Shown here: in pieces, positions 28,569-38,488 of the stretch | How positions within the stretch are numbered: position 1 is the stretch's first letter | Layout: each line of letters starts with the position of its first letter | NCBI GenBank assembly: GCA_022710645.1 | Contig: JAKLGL010000002.1 | Location: 14,337-78,336, forward strand | Source: Patescibacteria group bacterium | GTDB lineage: Bacteria > Patescibacteriota > Patescibacteriia > Magasanikbacterales > GWA2-37-8 | Length of the DNA stretch: 64,000 nt | Reading direction: 5' to 3' | Translations under genes and position numbers: made by a program | Notes under the pieces: generated by a model | The model's database searches: none | Seen by the model: only the letters and a program-made list of their open reading frames with translations | What the model was told of the DNA's origin: nothing

Positions 28569-29768
28569 TTATTCTTCAACTTCTTCGGTTTCTTCAACTA
28601 TCGCTTCTTCATCGTTGATTTGTTGGTTACCGCCTTCATCTTTGACATTTATAGTCCAACCTGTCAAACGTGAAGCCAAGCGAACATTTTGTCCATTCTT
28701 TCCAATAGCCAAAGAAAATTGATCTGAAGGCACTGAAACTTCGGCGGTTTTTTCTTCTTCGTTCAAACTAACGGAATTTATTTTGGCCGGAGCCATAGCA
28801 TTCATAATATATACGGTAGCATCATCATTGTATTTGATAACATCTATTTTTTCTCCGTTTAGTTCTTCGATGATGGTATTGATACGTCCACCGCGTTGAC
28901 CGATACAAGAACCTATCGGGTCAATAGAACTATCATCGGTAGACACCGCGACTTTACTGCGATAACCGGCATCGCGAGCCAAACCTCTGATTTCTACCGA
29001 ACCGTCGGCGATTTCCGGGATTTCTTGACGAAATATTTCACGAACTAAATTTTCATGACTGCGAGAAAGTATTATCTCCGGACCGCGAACATTCATAGCT
29101 ACCGAAACGACATAAAATTTCATTTTGGCTCCCGGACGATAATGTTCATTGCGTACTTGTTCTTCAAGTAATAAAACACCGGTCACTTTTCCCAAATCCA
29201 CCAAAACCTTTCTGGATTCCGCGCGTTGAATCGTGCCAATAATAATCTTGCCTTCTTGATCTTTAAAATCTCCGAAAACCATATTCCTCTCGGCTTCGCG
29301 AATTTTCTGAATGATAACTTGTTTAGCTGTTTGAGCCGCCATACGACCAAATTCATGAGGAATTTCCAACGGAATTTCCAAAACATCGCCAAGTTTGGCT
29401 TTTTTATCATGTTCTTTCGCTTCTTTCAGCATTATTTCGGTTTTAGGATTAAATCGAGGCAAATCCGCAATTTCTTCTTCGGTAAGCTCTCGTCCTTCTT
29501 CACGAGCTTTTTCACGTCGAGCAAAAAGCTCTTCTTGAGCCTTTTCCAAAATTTCTTCTTCAATATCTTCCACTACGGTTTTAACATCCCACATTTCCAC
29601 ACCGGCGGTTTCCGGATCAAATTTTACTTTGATATTTTGTTGTTTATTGCCAAAATCTTTACGATAAGCGGCAGCCAAAGCAGCTTCTATTGTTTCCATA
29701 ACTACTTCAAAGGAAAGGTTTTTTTCCTCACAAAGAGCTTGGATGGCTTTTACGATTTCAGATGACAT
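28569..29768 (-). CDS. nusA: Transcription termination/antitermination factor NusA
   Basis: N-terminal domain, S1 and two KH domains; acidic C-terminus. Confidence 0.9.
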   Translation of the reverse strand: MSSEIVKAIQALCEEKNLSFEVVMETIEAALAAAYRKDFGNKQQNIKVKFDPETAGVEMWDVKTVVEDIEEEILEKAQEELFARREKAREEGRELTEEEIADLPRFNPKTEIMLKEAKEHDKKAKLGDVLEIPLEIPHEFGRMAAQTAKQVIIQKIREAERNMVFGDFKDQEGKIIIGTIQRAESRKVLVDLGKVTGVLLLEEQVRNEHYRPGAKMKFYVVSVAMNVRGPEIILSRSHENLVREIFRQEIPEIADGSVEIRGLARDAGYRSKVAVSTDDSSIDPIGSCIGQRGGRINTIIEELNGEKIDVIKYNDDATVYIMNAMAPAKINSVSLNEEEKTAEVSVPSDQFSLAIGKNGQNVRLASRLTGWTINVKDEGGNQQINDEEAIVEETEEVEE

Positions 29769-29887
29769 AAGATAAATAAATTAAAAAAATTAAAAATTGA
29801 AAGATTTTAAAATTTAGTATAAAAAAAGCAACTTTTTATCAAAGTGCTTATGTTTATATATTATCATAATTTAGCCATACTGTCAAA

Positions 29888-30502
29888 TTACGGCTTATTT
29901 CCGGCCAAAATCACTTTACCTTTGGGTGTATTACCTGAAATAACTACCCTGTCGCCAACGGATAAAAATTTGTAAATTTTCTCTGCGTTTTCATAAGCAA
30001 TATTTACACAACCGTGACTCATCGGTTTAATGCCAAATTGATTATGCCAATAAGCACCATGTAAATAAAAACTTTTTTTAAATTCCAAATTCCACTTGGT
30101 ATTGGGATAATTATAAGTACGCCCTTGATAATTAACTGTCGGTCTTTTGCGTAAAATTTTAAATTCTCCGTTAGGCGTATCCATGCCGACAACACCGGTT
30201 GAAACCGGAGCTTTACCGACTTGTACATTGTTCAAAAACCATTTTAACTGTTGGGTATTTTTATCAACCTCAACATGACGAGGCAAACTCTTATCCGCTT
30301 CGCCTTTGAGCGGGTTATAACCGTTTTCCACCTCCAAACCATCATCATATCCATCATTGTCTGAATCTTTATTTTGAATATCCGTGCCAAGTTGCAATTC
30401 CAATTCATCAGACAGACCATCCATATCAGTATCCAAAACATCCGCCGCAAACAAAGGTAACGGAAATAAAAATAACAAAGAAATAATTAATATACGAAAC
30501 AT
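29888..30502 (-). CDS. L,D-transpeptidase (YkuD domain) with signal peptide and Ca-binding DxDxDG repeats
   Basis: YkuD catalytic motif HGCVNIAYENAEKIY; signal peptide. Confidence 0.8.
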   Translation of the reverse strand: MFRILIISLLFLFPLPLFAADVLDTDMDGLSDELELQLGTDIQNKDSDNDGYDDGLEVENGYNPLKGEADKSLPRHVEVDKNTQQLKWFLNNVQVGKAPVSTGVVGMDTPNGEFKILRKRPTVNYQGRTYNYPNTKWNLEFKKSFYLHGAYWHNQFGIKPMSHGCVNIAYENAEKIYKFLSVGDRVVISGNTPKGKVILAGNKP

Positions 30503-30522
30503 AGTAATCTAAAATCATCAAT

Positions 30523-31356
30523 TCATTCCACTATTATATCACCTTTTTGATCTGTCCTCAAAACTTCCATACCCGCTCTTTGTAACCTTTTGAGAACTCG
30601 CTGGCTGGGATGGCCGTAACTATTTTTTCCAACGGAAATAATCGCTTTTTCCGCATCGACAGCTTTTAAAAAATTTTCCCCACTACTACTGTCACTGCCA
30701 TGATGTCCCACTTTAAGATAATCACTTTCAAAAGCCGAACAAACTTTGGTGGACGTCGGGCAATATTTCAAAAGCAGTTGGTTTTCCAAGTTATTTTCCA
30801 TATCCGCGGCAAAAAATACGGTGGTAGTATTATAAGTAAATTTGAAAACCAATGATGCATCATTATCCCCTTTCACCGGCAACGCGGGGTCGGGATTGAA
30901 AAATTCCAATTCAGCCCCATCCAAAACATATTTTGCATTGTTTTTTATTGTGAATATTTCCGCCCCCTCGGACAATAAAAGTCCTTTCCAAGACAAAAAC
31001 AAAGGTTCGTTTTCTTTTTCCAAAGTATTAACAAAAATATTTTTGACTTCATAACGTTTCAAAACATCCAAACATCCTCCGTAATGATCTTTATCCGGAT
31101 GGGTAACCAAAAGATAATCTATCTGTCTGTCAAAAAAATCAAACCTTTCCCCCAATTTACGTAAGATTTTTTGATCAGGTCCGCAATCAATCAAAATTTT
31201 GGCTCCGCTTTCTAAAAAAATCAAAGAAGCATCGCCTTGTCCGACATTCAAAAAAACCACCTGGAAACTAGGTGGTGGTAAAAATCTGAGGTAAATCAAC
31301 AAACCAACACAACAAAGTATAACCGCTAAAAATAAAATTTTTGATTTGAAAGACAC
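30523..31356 (-). CDS. Metallo-beta-lactamase-fold protein, ComEC C-terminal-domain-like, with N-terminal TM
   Basis: VVFLNVGQGDASLIFL...VTHPDKDHYGG (HxHxDH-like MBL motifs). Confidence 0.75.
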   Translation of the reverse strand: MSFKSKILFLAVILCCVGLLIYLRFLPPPSFQVVFLNVGQGDASLIFLESGAKILIDCGPDQKILRKLGERFDFFDRQIDYLLVTHPDKDHYGGCLDVLKRYEVKNIFVNTLEKENEPLFLSWKGLLLSEGAEIFTIKNNAKYVLDGAELEFFNPDPALPVKGDNDASLVFKFTYNTTTVFFAADMENNLENQLLLKYCPTSTKVCSAFESDYLKVGHHGSDSSSGENFLKAVDAEKAIISVGKNSYGHPSQRVLKRLQRAGMEVLRTDQKGDIIVE

Positions 31357-31367
31357 AGATTAAAAAT

Positions 31368-31979
31368 TTATTTCTTCGCCAATATAATTTGGTTTACCCA
31401 AACTTCGTTTTCATAAATCATTTCCTCTTTTTCAATAACAAAAGCCAATTGCGACAAAATTTCGCGGATTTTATCCGGACGATGGTAATAAGATTTTATC
31501 TGGATATCCCCGACTCCGGTTTTTACCACTGGTGGTTCTTTTTGATTTATATTGGTTACCAAAAATAATCCTCCGGGTTTGAGCACGCGATAAACTTCGT
31601 CAAAAAACCTGGTTGGATCTTTCAAGTGCACCACCAAAAAAGCCGCCGTAACAATATCAAAAATATTTTTTTCAAACGGCAAAGCCTCGGCATCCCCGAC
31701 AACGGTTTTGATTTTAGAATTTTTCTTTTTCAAAACTTCCAAAATTTTTTCCGAAACATCCAATGCCGTTACTTGTCCGCCGGCAAAAAACAAAGGCAAA
31801 CTTACCCTGCCCGTTCCCGCGCCGACATCCAGAATAACCTTGCCTTTCAAATTTTCCGATAAAAGCGACAAAAATTTACCTTTTTCAAAACTATCCAAAT
31901 ATTTTTCTTTTTTATCATAACCCTGCGCGGCCAAGTCATAACCCTCTTTAGAAAACAATACTTTTATTTTTTTAGACAT
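31368..31979 (-). CDS. Class I SAM-dependent methyltransferase
   Basis: VILDVGAGTGRVS motif I. Confidence 0.8.
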   Translation of the reverse strand: MSKKIKVLFSKEGYDLAAQGYDKKEKYLDSFEKGKFLSLLSENLKGKVILDVGAGTGRVSLPLFFAGGQVTALDVSEKILEVLKKKNSKIKTVVGDAEALPFEKNIFDIVTAAFLVVHLKDPTRFFDEVYRVLKPGGLFLVTNINQKEPPVVKTGVGDIQIKSYYHRPDKIREILSQLAFVIEKEEMIYENEVWVNQIILAKK

Positions 31980-32061
31980 AAAAATAAATTTCTAAACCCT
32001 AAGTCCTAAATTCTAAACAATATTCAATATTTGAATTTCTAGATTGTTTAGAACTTAGAAA

Positions 32062-33582
32062 TTAGAGCTTAGAGCTTTTTGTAATTATTAAAAATAATAA
32101 CATATAACACCCCAAACAAACCAAAAGCGGTATTCGCCAATTTATTACTGAAAAACCCAGACCTCCTATTTTCTCCCCAACCATTATAACATAGCTTAGA
32201 CCCAAATTGGTAATCCAAGCCGCGACTTGACCCAACGGATAAAAAACCACTGCCAAAAAAATAGATATAAAACTGAAAAACATTAAAAAAGGAATCAACC
32301 AAATTACCAAAACATTGGCCAAAACGGAAAACAAAGACAAATAGCCAAAGCTGTAAGAAATCAAAGGAAAAGTAAAGATTGTCGCGGCCACGGTCGGTAA
32401 CATAAATTCTTTGATGATAAAATCGAATTTTTTGTGAAATTTTTTGTATTTTATTTTTTCTTCCAAAAGAGGAGTAAAATATATCAAACCTATCGTTGCC
32501 AAAAAAGATAATTGGAATCCGACATCCCAAACCAAAATAAGAGGATTGACTAGAGCTAAAAGCGTCGCCGCATAAACCAAAAGCCGAAAAACATCGCTTT
32601 TACGCCCCATTTGCTGAGCTAACAATAAAAGTCCGCCCATCAAGCCAGCGCGCACGGCCGAAGCGGAAGCTCCGGTAAAAACCACAAACAAAAAAATCAA
32701 AACCAAACAAATCCAGAAAGCTTGTTGGCGGTAAAAACCAGCATAAATCAAAACCCCCATCAAAATCCAAACAATAATGGTGATATTATAACCGGACACT
32801 GCGACAATATGAGTGATACCGGCCCGACTCAGATTATCTTTGAGCTCAGTATCAAATCCACTCCGTTCTCCGTATAAAATACCGGCAGCCAAAGTGCTTT
32901 GCGGTTCAACCCATAACCGTTGCGTCAAACCGTTTAGCTGTTTTTTGAAAGATAAAATAGCTGACATAATTCTATTGCCCCTATTTTTTTCGAGCAAATC
33001 TATTTTTTGTGGATAACACACGGAATAAATATTGCGCAAGGCCAAAAATTTTTGGTAATTGAAATTATCTTTATTTTTGGGAGATTGCAAAACACACTCA
33101 ATCTGCAATTTATCTCCATATTCATACTCCGGATAAGATTGGCCTTTAAACAAAATCTTGCCGTAAGTTTTTTTATTTATTCCTTGTTTATCAATCAATA
33201 AATCGTCAGTTATCTCATATTCACGATAACCGACTTTTTTGTTCGGCTCATCGCTAATTATACCGACTATACCGTATTTATCACCATTGTAATAAGAAAT
33301 AAAATTTTCATTTATCTCCGGCAAATGGTAAAGAACCCGACAAATTCCTAAAATAAAAAACACCCCAATCAACAAAAACAACCTGATTATCTTTTTCTCA
33401 AAAAAAATCACGACAAAGAATAATAAAACAAAAATTGAAACGTAAAAATAAAATAGTGTCGTCCGTGGAATCTCTATGATGGAAAAAAGACCTGTTGCAA
33501 AAACAAAACAAAAACAAAACGCCAATAGCGTCTTGTTTTTTGATTTAATAATAGAAGACAAAAAATCTTTAACCCCTCCCAT
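32062..33582 (-). CDS. comEC: ComEC/Rec2 DNA-internalisation competence protein, lacking the C-terminal MBL domain
   Basis: Competence-domain motif GITHIVAVSGYNITII; about 10 TM helices; N-terminal DUF4131-like region. Confidence 0.8.
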   Translation of the reverse strand: MGGVKDFLSSIIKSKNKTLLAFCFCFVFATGLFSIIEIPRTTLFYFYVSIFVLLFFVVIFFEKKIIRLFLLIGVFFILGICRVLYHLPEINENFISYYNGDKYGIVGIISDEPNKKVGYREYEITDDLLIDKQGINKKTYGKILFKGQSYPEYEYGDKLQIECVLQSPKNKDNFNYQKFLALRNIYSVCYPQKIDLLEKNRGNRIMSAILSFKKQLNGLTQRLWVEPQSTLAAGILYGERSGFDTELKDNLSRAGITHIVAVSGYNITIIVWILMGVLIYAGFYRQQAFWICLVLIFLFVVFTGASASAVRAGLMGGLLLLAQQMGRKSDVFRLLVYAATLLALVNPLILVWDVGFQLSFLATIGLIYFTPLLEEKIKYKKFHKKFDFIIKEFMLPTVAATIFTFPLISYSFGYLSLFSVLANVLVIWLIPFLMFFSFISIFLAVVFYPLGQVAAWITNLGLSYVIMVGEKIGGLGFSVINWRIPLLVCLGCYMLLFLIITKSSKL

Positions 33583-33584
33583 AT

Positions 33585-33682
33585 GACTTTATAGACTTTA
33601 TGGACTTTATGGACTTTATGGACTTTATGGACTTTATGGACTTTATGGACTTTATGGACTTTATAGACTTTATGGACTTATA
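33585..33682. repeat. Tandem repeat of the 9-bp unit GGACTTTAT (about 11 copies). It fills the entire gap between the leuS stop and the comEC start.
   Basis: Directly visible: gactttata gactttatg gactttatg ... The array abuts the comEC ATG (33580-33582) and the leuS stop (33678-33680). Confidence 0.9.
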
Positions 33683-36179
33683 TAACTATATTCACCAACT
33701 TCCCTGGTACATAAATAACTTTCTTCGGCTCTTTTCCGTCTAACCATTTGATAATCTTGAAACTGCTTAAGGCCGCATTTTTTGCGTCTTCCTCCGTTAT
33801 TTCAGCGGTGGAAAAATCTATAGTATCACGAACTTTTCCATTAACCTGAATCACTAAACTTAAATTGTTTTCTTTGGACAATTCTTCATCATATTTCGGC
33901 CAAGCGCATTCCGCTAAAATATTTTTACCGCCGATATTATTCCATATTTCTTCGCACATATGGGGCGCAAAAGGAGAAAGCATCTTCAATAAAATTTCGT
34001 ATGCGTCTTTACAAATTTGGAGTTTTTTATTCATTTCATTGACAAGCTCCATCATTTTGGCGATAGCGGTGTTAAAACGCATATTATCAATATCATCTCC
34101 GACTTTTTTGAGAGTTTGATGAACGGTTTTAGACAAATCGTCTTTAAGCTTCTGATCTTTGGTAAGCGGAGGAATTATTTTTTCTTGTAAATTCCAAACG
34201 CGTTCCAAAAATCTTTTTACCCCTACCAAACCGTTGGTATCCCATACAGCGGCTTGATCAAAAGGACCCATAAACATAATGTAAGTACGGAAAGTATCAG
34301 CACCGTATTCCTTCACTACATCATCGGGATTGATAACATTTCCTTTACTCTTGCTCATTTTTTGTCCGTCAGAAGCCAAGATCATACCGTGGGCCGTGCG
34401 TTTTTTGTAAGGTTCACTGACCGGTACCAATCCCAAATCGTGTAAAAAGATATTCCAAAAACGAGAATACAACAGATGTAACACCACATGTTCCATCCCC
34501 CCATTATACCAATCAACCGGCATCCAATATTTCAATTTATCAGGAGAGGCAAATTGTTTATCGTTTTTAGGATCAATATAACGCAAAAAATACCAGGAAC
34601 TACCGGCCCAGTTAGGCATCGTGTCGGTTTCGCGTCGCGCCTTACTTCCGCAACGGGGACATTTCACTTCCACAAATTTCTTGACTTCGGACAGAGGCGA
34701 TTCTCCGTTGTCGGTCGGCTTGTAGTCTTTGACTTTCGGCAATTCAAGCGGTAATTCTTTCTCGGAAATAGCAATCCAACCAGGATTTAATTTTTCACCT
34801 TCATTGGTAAAATTTTTGGCATTAGCGCAAGCCTGACAATAAACCAACGGAATTGGTTCACCCCAATATCTTTGACGGGAAAAAACCCAATCGCGTAATT
34901 TATAATTTATTTTTTTACCACCGGCTTGAACTTCCGGACCGGACAACCATTCACAAATTTTTTCTTGCGCTTCTTTTGTTTTTAATCCATCCAAAAAATC
35001 GGAATTAATATTTTTCCCTTCTCCCGTAAAACACTCTTTTTCTTCTTCGGTTAAATTTTTATCATCCAAAGGTTCTAAAACTTTTTTTATCGGCAAACTG
35101 TATTTTTTAGCAAACTCAAAATCGCGTTCATCGTGCGCGGGTACGGCCATTACTATCCCGGTGCCGTAATTATTCAAAACATAATCGGCTACATATACCG
35201 GAATTGATTCGCCATTTACGGGATTTACCGCTTCCAACCCAGAAAGTTTGACACCAGTCTTATCTTTGTTTAGTTCGGTGCGTTCCAAGTCGGATTTTTT
35301 CTTACTATCATTGATATATTTTTCAATCTCATTCCAATTTTTGATATATTTTTTCCATGATTGTAATTTATCGTGTTCAGGTGCGATAGAAACATAGGTC
35401 ACACCAAACAAAGTATCGGCTCTGGTGGTAAACACTTCTATTTTTTCTGTAAGTATTCCTTCCTCTTCCGTTTCCACACCAAATAAAATACTAGCTCCAA
35501 TGCTTTTGCCTATCCAATTTTCCTGTTGAGTTTTTATTTGTGGTAAATAATCCACATCTTTGAGACCATCGAGTAATTTATCGGCATATTTGGTAATAGC
35601 CAACATCCATTGTTCTTTATTACGTTTTTCTACATCTCCACCACAACGTTCACATTTACCATTTACAACTTCTTCATTGGCCAAACCAATTTTACAACTT
35701 AAACACCAATTAATAGGCATATTGGTTTTGTAAGCCAAGCCGTGTTCAAAAAATTTCAAAAACAACCACTGAGTCCAACGATAATATTCCGGAGAAGATG
35801 TATCAACTACTCTATCCCAATCAAAAGAAAAACCAATCATCTTGAGTTGTTTGACGAAATTGGCAATATTTTCTTTTGTTACTTCTGCGGGTGGTCGTCC
35901 GGTTTTGATGGCATAATTTTCCGTCGGTAAACCAAAACTATCAAAGCCTATGGGAAATAAAACATTACAGCCGTCCATGCGTTTTTTACGCGACACTACA
36001 TCAAGCGCGGTATATGGTCGCGGATGACCGACATGCAAACCAGCACCGGATGGATATGGAAATTCCACCAAAGCATAATATTTGGGCTTCTCAGAAGTAT
36101 CGGGAGCATGAAAAACACTCTTTTCTTCCCAAACTTTCTGCCATTTTTTCTCAATTTTAGCAAAATTATATGATTTCAT
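33678..36179 (-). CDS. leuS: Leucyl-tRNA synthetase
   Basis: HVGH (HIGH) and KMSKS motifs; 833 aa. Confidence 0.95.
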   Translation of the reverse strand: MKSYNFAKIEKKWQKVWEEKSVFHAPDTSEKPKYYALVEFPYPSGAGLHVGHPRPYTALDVVSRKKRMDGCNVLFPIGFDSFGLPTENYAIKTGRPPAEVTKENIANFVKQLKMIGFSFDWDRVVDTSSPEYYRWTQWLFLKFFEHGLAYKTNMPINWCLSCKIGLANEEVVNGKCERCGGDVEKRNKEQWMLAITKYADKLLDGLKDVDYLPQIKTQQENWIGKSIGASILFGVETEEEGILTEKIEVFTTRADTLFGVTYVSIAPEHDKLQSWKKYIKNWNEIEKYINDSKKKSDLERTELNKDKTGVKLSGLEAVNPVNGESIPVYVADYVLNNYGTGIVMAVPAHDERDFEFAKKYSLPIKKVLEPLDDKNLTEEEKECFTGEGKNINSDFLDGLKTKEAQEKICEWLSGPEVQAGGKKINYKLRDWVFSRQRYWGEPIPLVYCQACANAKNFTNEGEKLNPGWIAISEKELPLELPKVKDYKPTDNGESPLSEVKKFVEVKCPRCGSKARRETDTMPNWAGSSWYFLRYIDPKNDKQFASPDKLKYWMPVDWYNGGMEHVVLHLLYSRFWNIFLHDLGLVPVSEPYKKRTAHGMILASDGQKMSKSKGNVINPDDVVKEYGADTFRTYIMFMGPFDQAAVWDTNGLVGVKRFLERVWNLQEKIIPPLTKDQKLKDDLSKTVHQTLKKVGDDIDNMRFNTAIAKMMELVNEMNKKLQICKDAYEILLKMLSPFAPHMCEEIWNNIGGKNILAECAWPKYDEELSKENNLSLVIQVNGKVRDTIDFSTAEITEEDAKNAALSSFKIIKWLDGKEPKKVIYVPGKLVNIVI

Positions 36180-36265
36180 AGAATAATTATGATTTTTGTT
36201 TACTATTTGATATTTTGCCTTAATTTTAAGAAAAAAGCAAGGTATGGCTAATTTTGGCTAAATTA

Positions 36266-36294
36266 TTGACAAAATCGCTAAAATATGCTATATT
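36266..36294 (+). promoter_or_regulatory. Consensus sigma70 promoter: TTGACA, 17 nt spacer, TATATT, with a TGc extended -10
   Basis: Hexamers at 36266-36271 and 36289-36294. A GGAGG RBS at 36422 precedes the ATG at 36433. Confidence 0.5.
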
Positions 36295-36432
36295 ATATTG
36301 TTATATTCCTTACTTGGGATATAATATAAATAGATAAAATTTGTTCTTTAACAATTGAAAGTTAGAAAATATAAGGAAAATTTATATATAGGGATATACA
36401 GCATTACAAACTTCTCATAATGGAGGAACATC

Positions 36433-38283
36433 ATGAGAAACTTTTTCGCCTTTGTGATCGCAGTTGCGATCACCCTTGCCTTCGTTGCTTGCGACAATGG
36501 TATCAGTCCGGTTGATAACACTAACATCACGGACAATGACAACGCCGTAAACGACGATACTACTGATGATGTCACGGACAATGACACTGTTACCTTGAAA
36601 CCGTTCACTATTAAGGGTGCGGTTGCCAAAGGCCCGCTCGTAAAAGGTTCGGCTCTGTATTTCACGATTCTTTCTGAAATTGGTGAACAGGAAGGGCTTA
36701 TCCTGAATGCTACCACCGATGATGACCTCGGCCGGTTTTCTTACAAAGTGACCGCTGATGTTTCCCCCAAAGTGGTTGGGAAAGTTTGCAAAATCAGTGC
36801 CACCGGTTATTTTTACGATGAGATCGGTGACAGATTGAGCAATGCGCCCGTCACTTTGGAAGCCCTGTTCCGGATTACGGACACAGAAGTGCAGGATGCC
36901 AGAATAAATCTTCTCACTCATATGACAGTCAAGCGTACGCTTGCGTTGATGAGTGATGGGACAATGCTTTTTGAGGATGCTCAGGCGCAAGCCGAAAGTG
37001 AACTCATCGCGGAAATGGGAGTTTTCTATGCTCCCTCGGATGAGGATCCTAAGAAAAAAGCCATTGAGATGGATCTGACCAAAGATCCCTATCCGTTGGC
37101 CATCGCTTGCATCTTCGGACAGAGTGCCTATAACATCGCCAAAGACAGTGCTGAATTTTATGGGAAGTATCAACAGCTTCTCAATGATACTGCTGCTGAT
37201 CTTTCTGATGGCGTGCTGACCGATAAGACAAAAGAAATCATCGTTGCTGGTGAACAGGCCCTAGATGCTGACGCATGCGCCGCTAACCTCAAGAATTATC
37301 TTGAGGAAAAAACCGGTGAAACTCAGACTCTACCCAACCCCAACGAATCCGTTGACACCAACAAAGATGGCGTTCCCAATGTCTCTGATCCGGATGTTGA
37401 TGGAGACGGGGTGCCAAACGAAGATGATTGTGTGATGGGAAAAACGGATTATAAGTTAGTTTTTGTAGCCAAAAGTGTTTTTTGCATATCAAAAAAAGAC
37501 AATACTTGGTCTTGTTACACTCTCTCACTTGGAAATGCTTATGGATGGGGAAATGAAACATGGAAAAATGATTTTTCCATGGTTGCTAGTGGCTCTTCAC
37601 ACTTTTGTGGTATAGATACGGAAAATATTTTATGGTGTTGGGGGCACATTGATGAATCAAGCCCTAATTACCAATCTACACCGATTGAAAATACTGGTAT
37701 ATGGAAAAACTTATGGGCCGGTCAAAATCGTTTATGTTCTATTTCGGATATGGATACTCTCTATTGTTGGCAGGGCTTAATGATTGGAGAAGGTATAAAA
37801 GCTAATGATGACACAAACTGGTCAAATTTATCACTCGGAAATGACAAATTCTATGCCATTAAAAGCGATGGGACACTCTGGGGTTGGAACTTCGAAGAAA
37901 TTCCTGTCCAAATCGGTACAGATCTCTGGAAATTCTTTTCGAACACTTCCCTTTATGCCGTCAAGACAGACGGCACACTCTGGTATGTCTCAGATTTTCT
38001 TTCTCCTGTTCAAGTCGGCACTGACACGGACTGGGAGTCTGTTTACGGCACTTGTGCTGTTAAGACAGATAATTCACTTTGGTGCTGGAATGAATCTGAT
38101 ATGACCCCGGCAACCAAAATTGATTCAATCGGTTGGTCCTGTGGACAATGGCAATTTATCTCTCACTACAAGAAGGTTGATGTAGAAACACAAGAACTTC
38201 TTTGTGGTCTCAAAACAGATGGTTCGCTTTGGTGTCTGAAGGACGGAGATCTTATCTACATTGAAAACCTCCCGCTAGAATAA
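36433..38283 (+). CDS. Lipoprotein with thrombospondin-type Ca-binding repeats and C-terminal RCC1-like beta-propeller repeats
   Basis: Signal peptide plus LAFVAC lipobox. DPDVDGDGVPNEDD motif. Four repeats of the form xAxKTDGTLWxW. Confidence 0.8.
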   Translation: MRNFFAFVIAVAITLAFVACDNGISPVDNTNITDNDNAVNDDTTDDVTDNDTVTLKPFTIKGAVAKGPLVKGSALYFTILSEIGEQEGLILNATTDDDLGRFSYKVTADVSPKVVGKVCKISATGYFYDEIGDRLSNAPVTLEALFRITDTEVQDARINLLTHMTVKRTLALMSDGTMLFEDAQAQAESELIAEMGVFYAPSDEDPKKKAIEMDLTKDPYPLAIACIFGQSAYNIAKDSAEFYGKYQQLLNDTAADLSDGVLTDKTKEIIVAGEQALDADACAANLKNYLEEKTGETQTLPNPNESVDTNKDGVPNVSDPDVDGDGVPNEDDCVMGKTDYKLVFVAKSVFCISKKDNTWSCYTLSLGNAYGWGNETWKNDFSMVASGSSHFCGIDTENILWCWGHIDESSPNYQSTPIENTGIWKNLWAGQNRLCSISDMDTLYCWQGLMIGEGIKANDDTNWSNLSLGNDKFYAIKSDGTLWGWNFEEIPVQIGTDLWKFFSNTSLYAVKTDGTLWYVSDFLSPVQVGTDTDWESVYGTCAVKTDNSLWCWNESDMTPATKIDSIGWSCGQWQFISHYKKVDVETQELLCGLKTDGSLWCLKDGDLIYIENLPLE

Positions 38284-38302
38284 TCTAACTTTCAATTCTC
38301 TC

Positions 38303-38332
38303 GCCCGTTCACTTCTGTGGACGGGCTTTTTT
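38303..38332 (+). terminator. Rho-independent terminator (GCCCGTTCACTTCTGTGGACGGGC plus TTTTTT)
   Basis: Stem-loop and U-run directly after the stop at 38283. Confidence 0.65.
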
Positions 38333-38398
38333 GTAAACATTAATCTTTTGCACGAATATACACAAATGAACTTTGAATATTGAATATTAGCTATTAAA

Positions 38399-38428
38399 AC
38401 ATCCCGATTTTATATCGGGATGTTTTTT
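38399..38428. terminator. Hairpin terminator ATCCCGATTTTATATCGGGAT plus T-run. It shares the 16-mer TCCCGATTTTATATCG with the hairpin at 15148.
   Basis: Perfect 8-bp stem; sits between convergent genes. Confidence 0.5.
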
Positions 38429-38488
38429 GATTTATTTATCTCTTTGTATTTTTATCACTTTATCAACATATAATCTTATCTCTTTCTC

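Noticed and set aside
33585-33682. CRISPR array
   Set aside because: The repeat unit is only 9 bp with no spacers; it is a simple tandem repeat.
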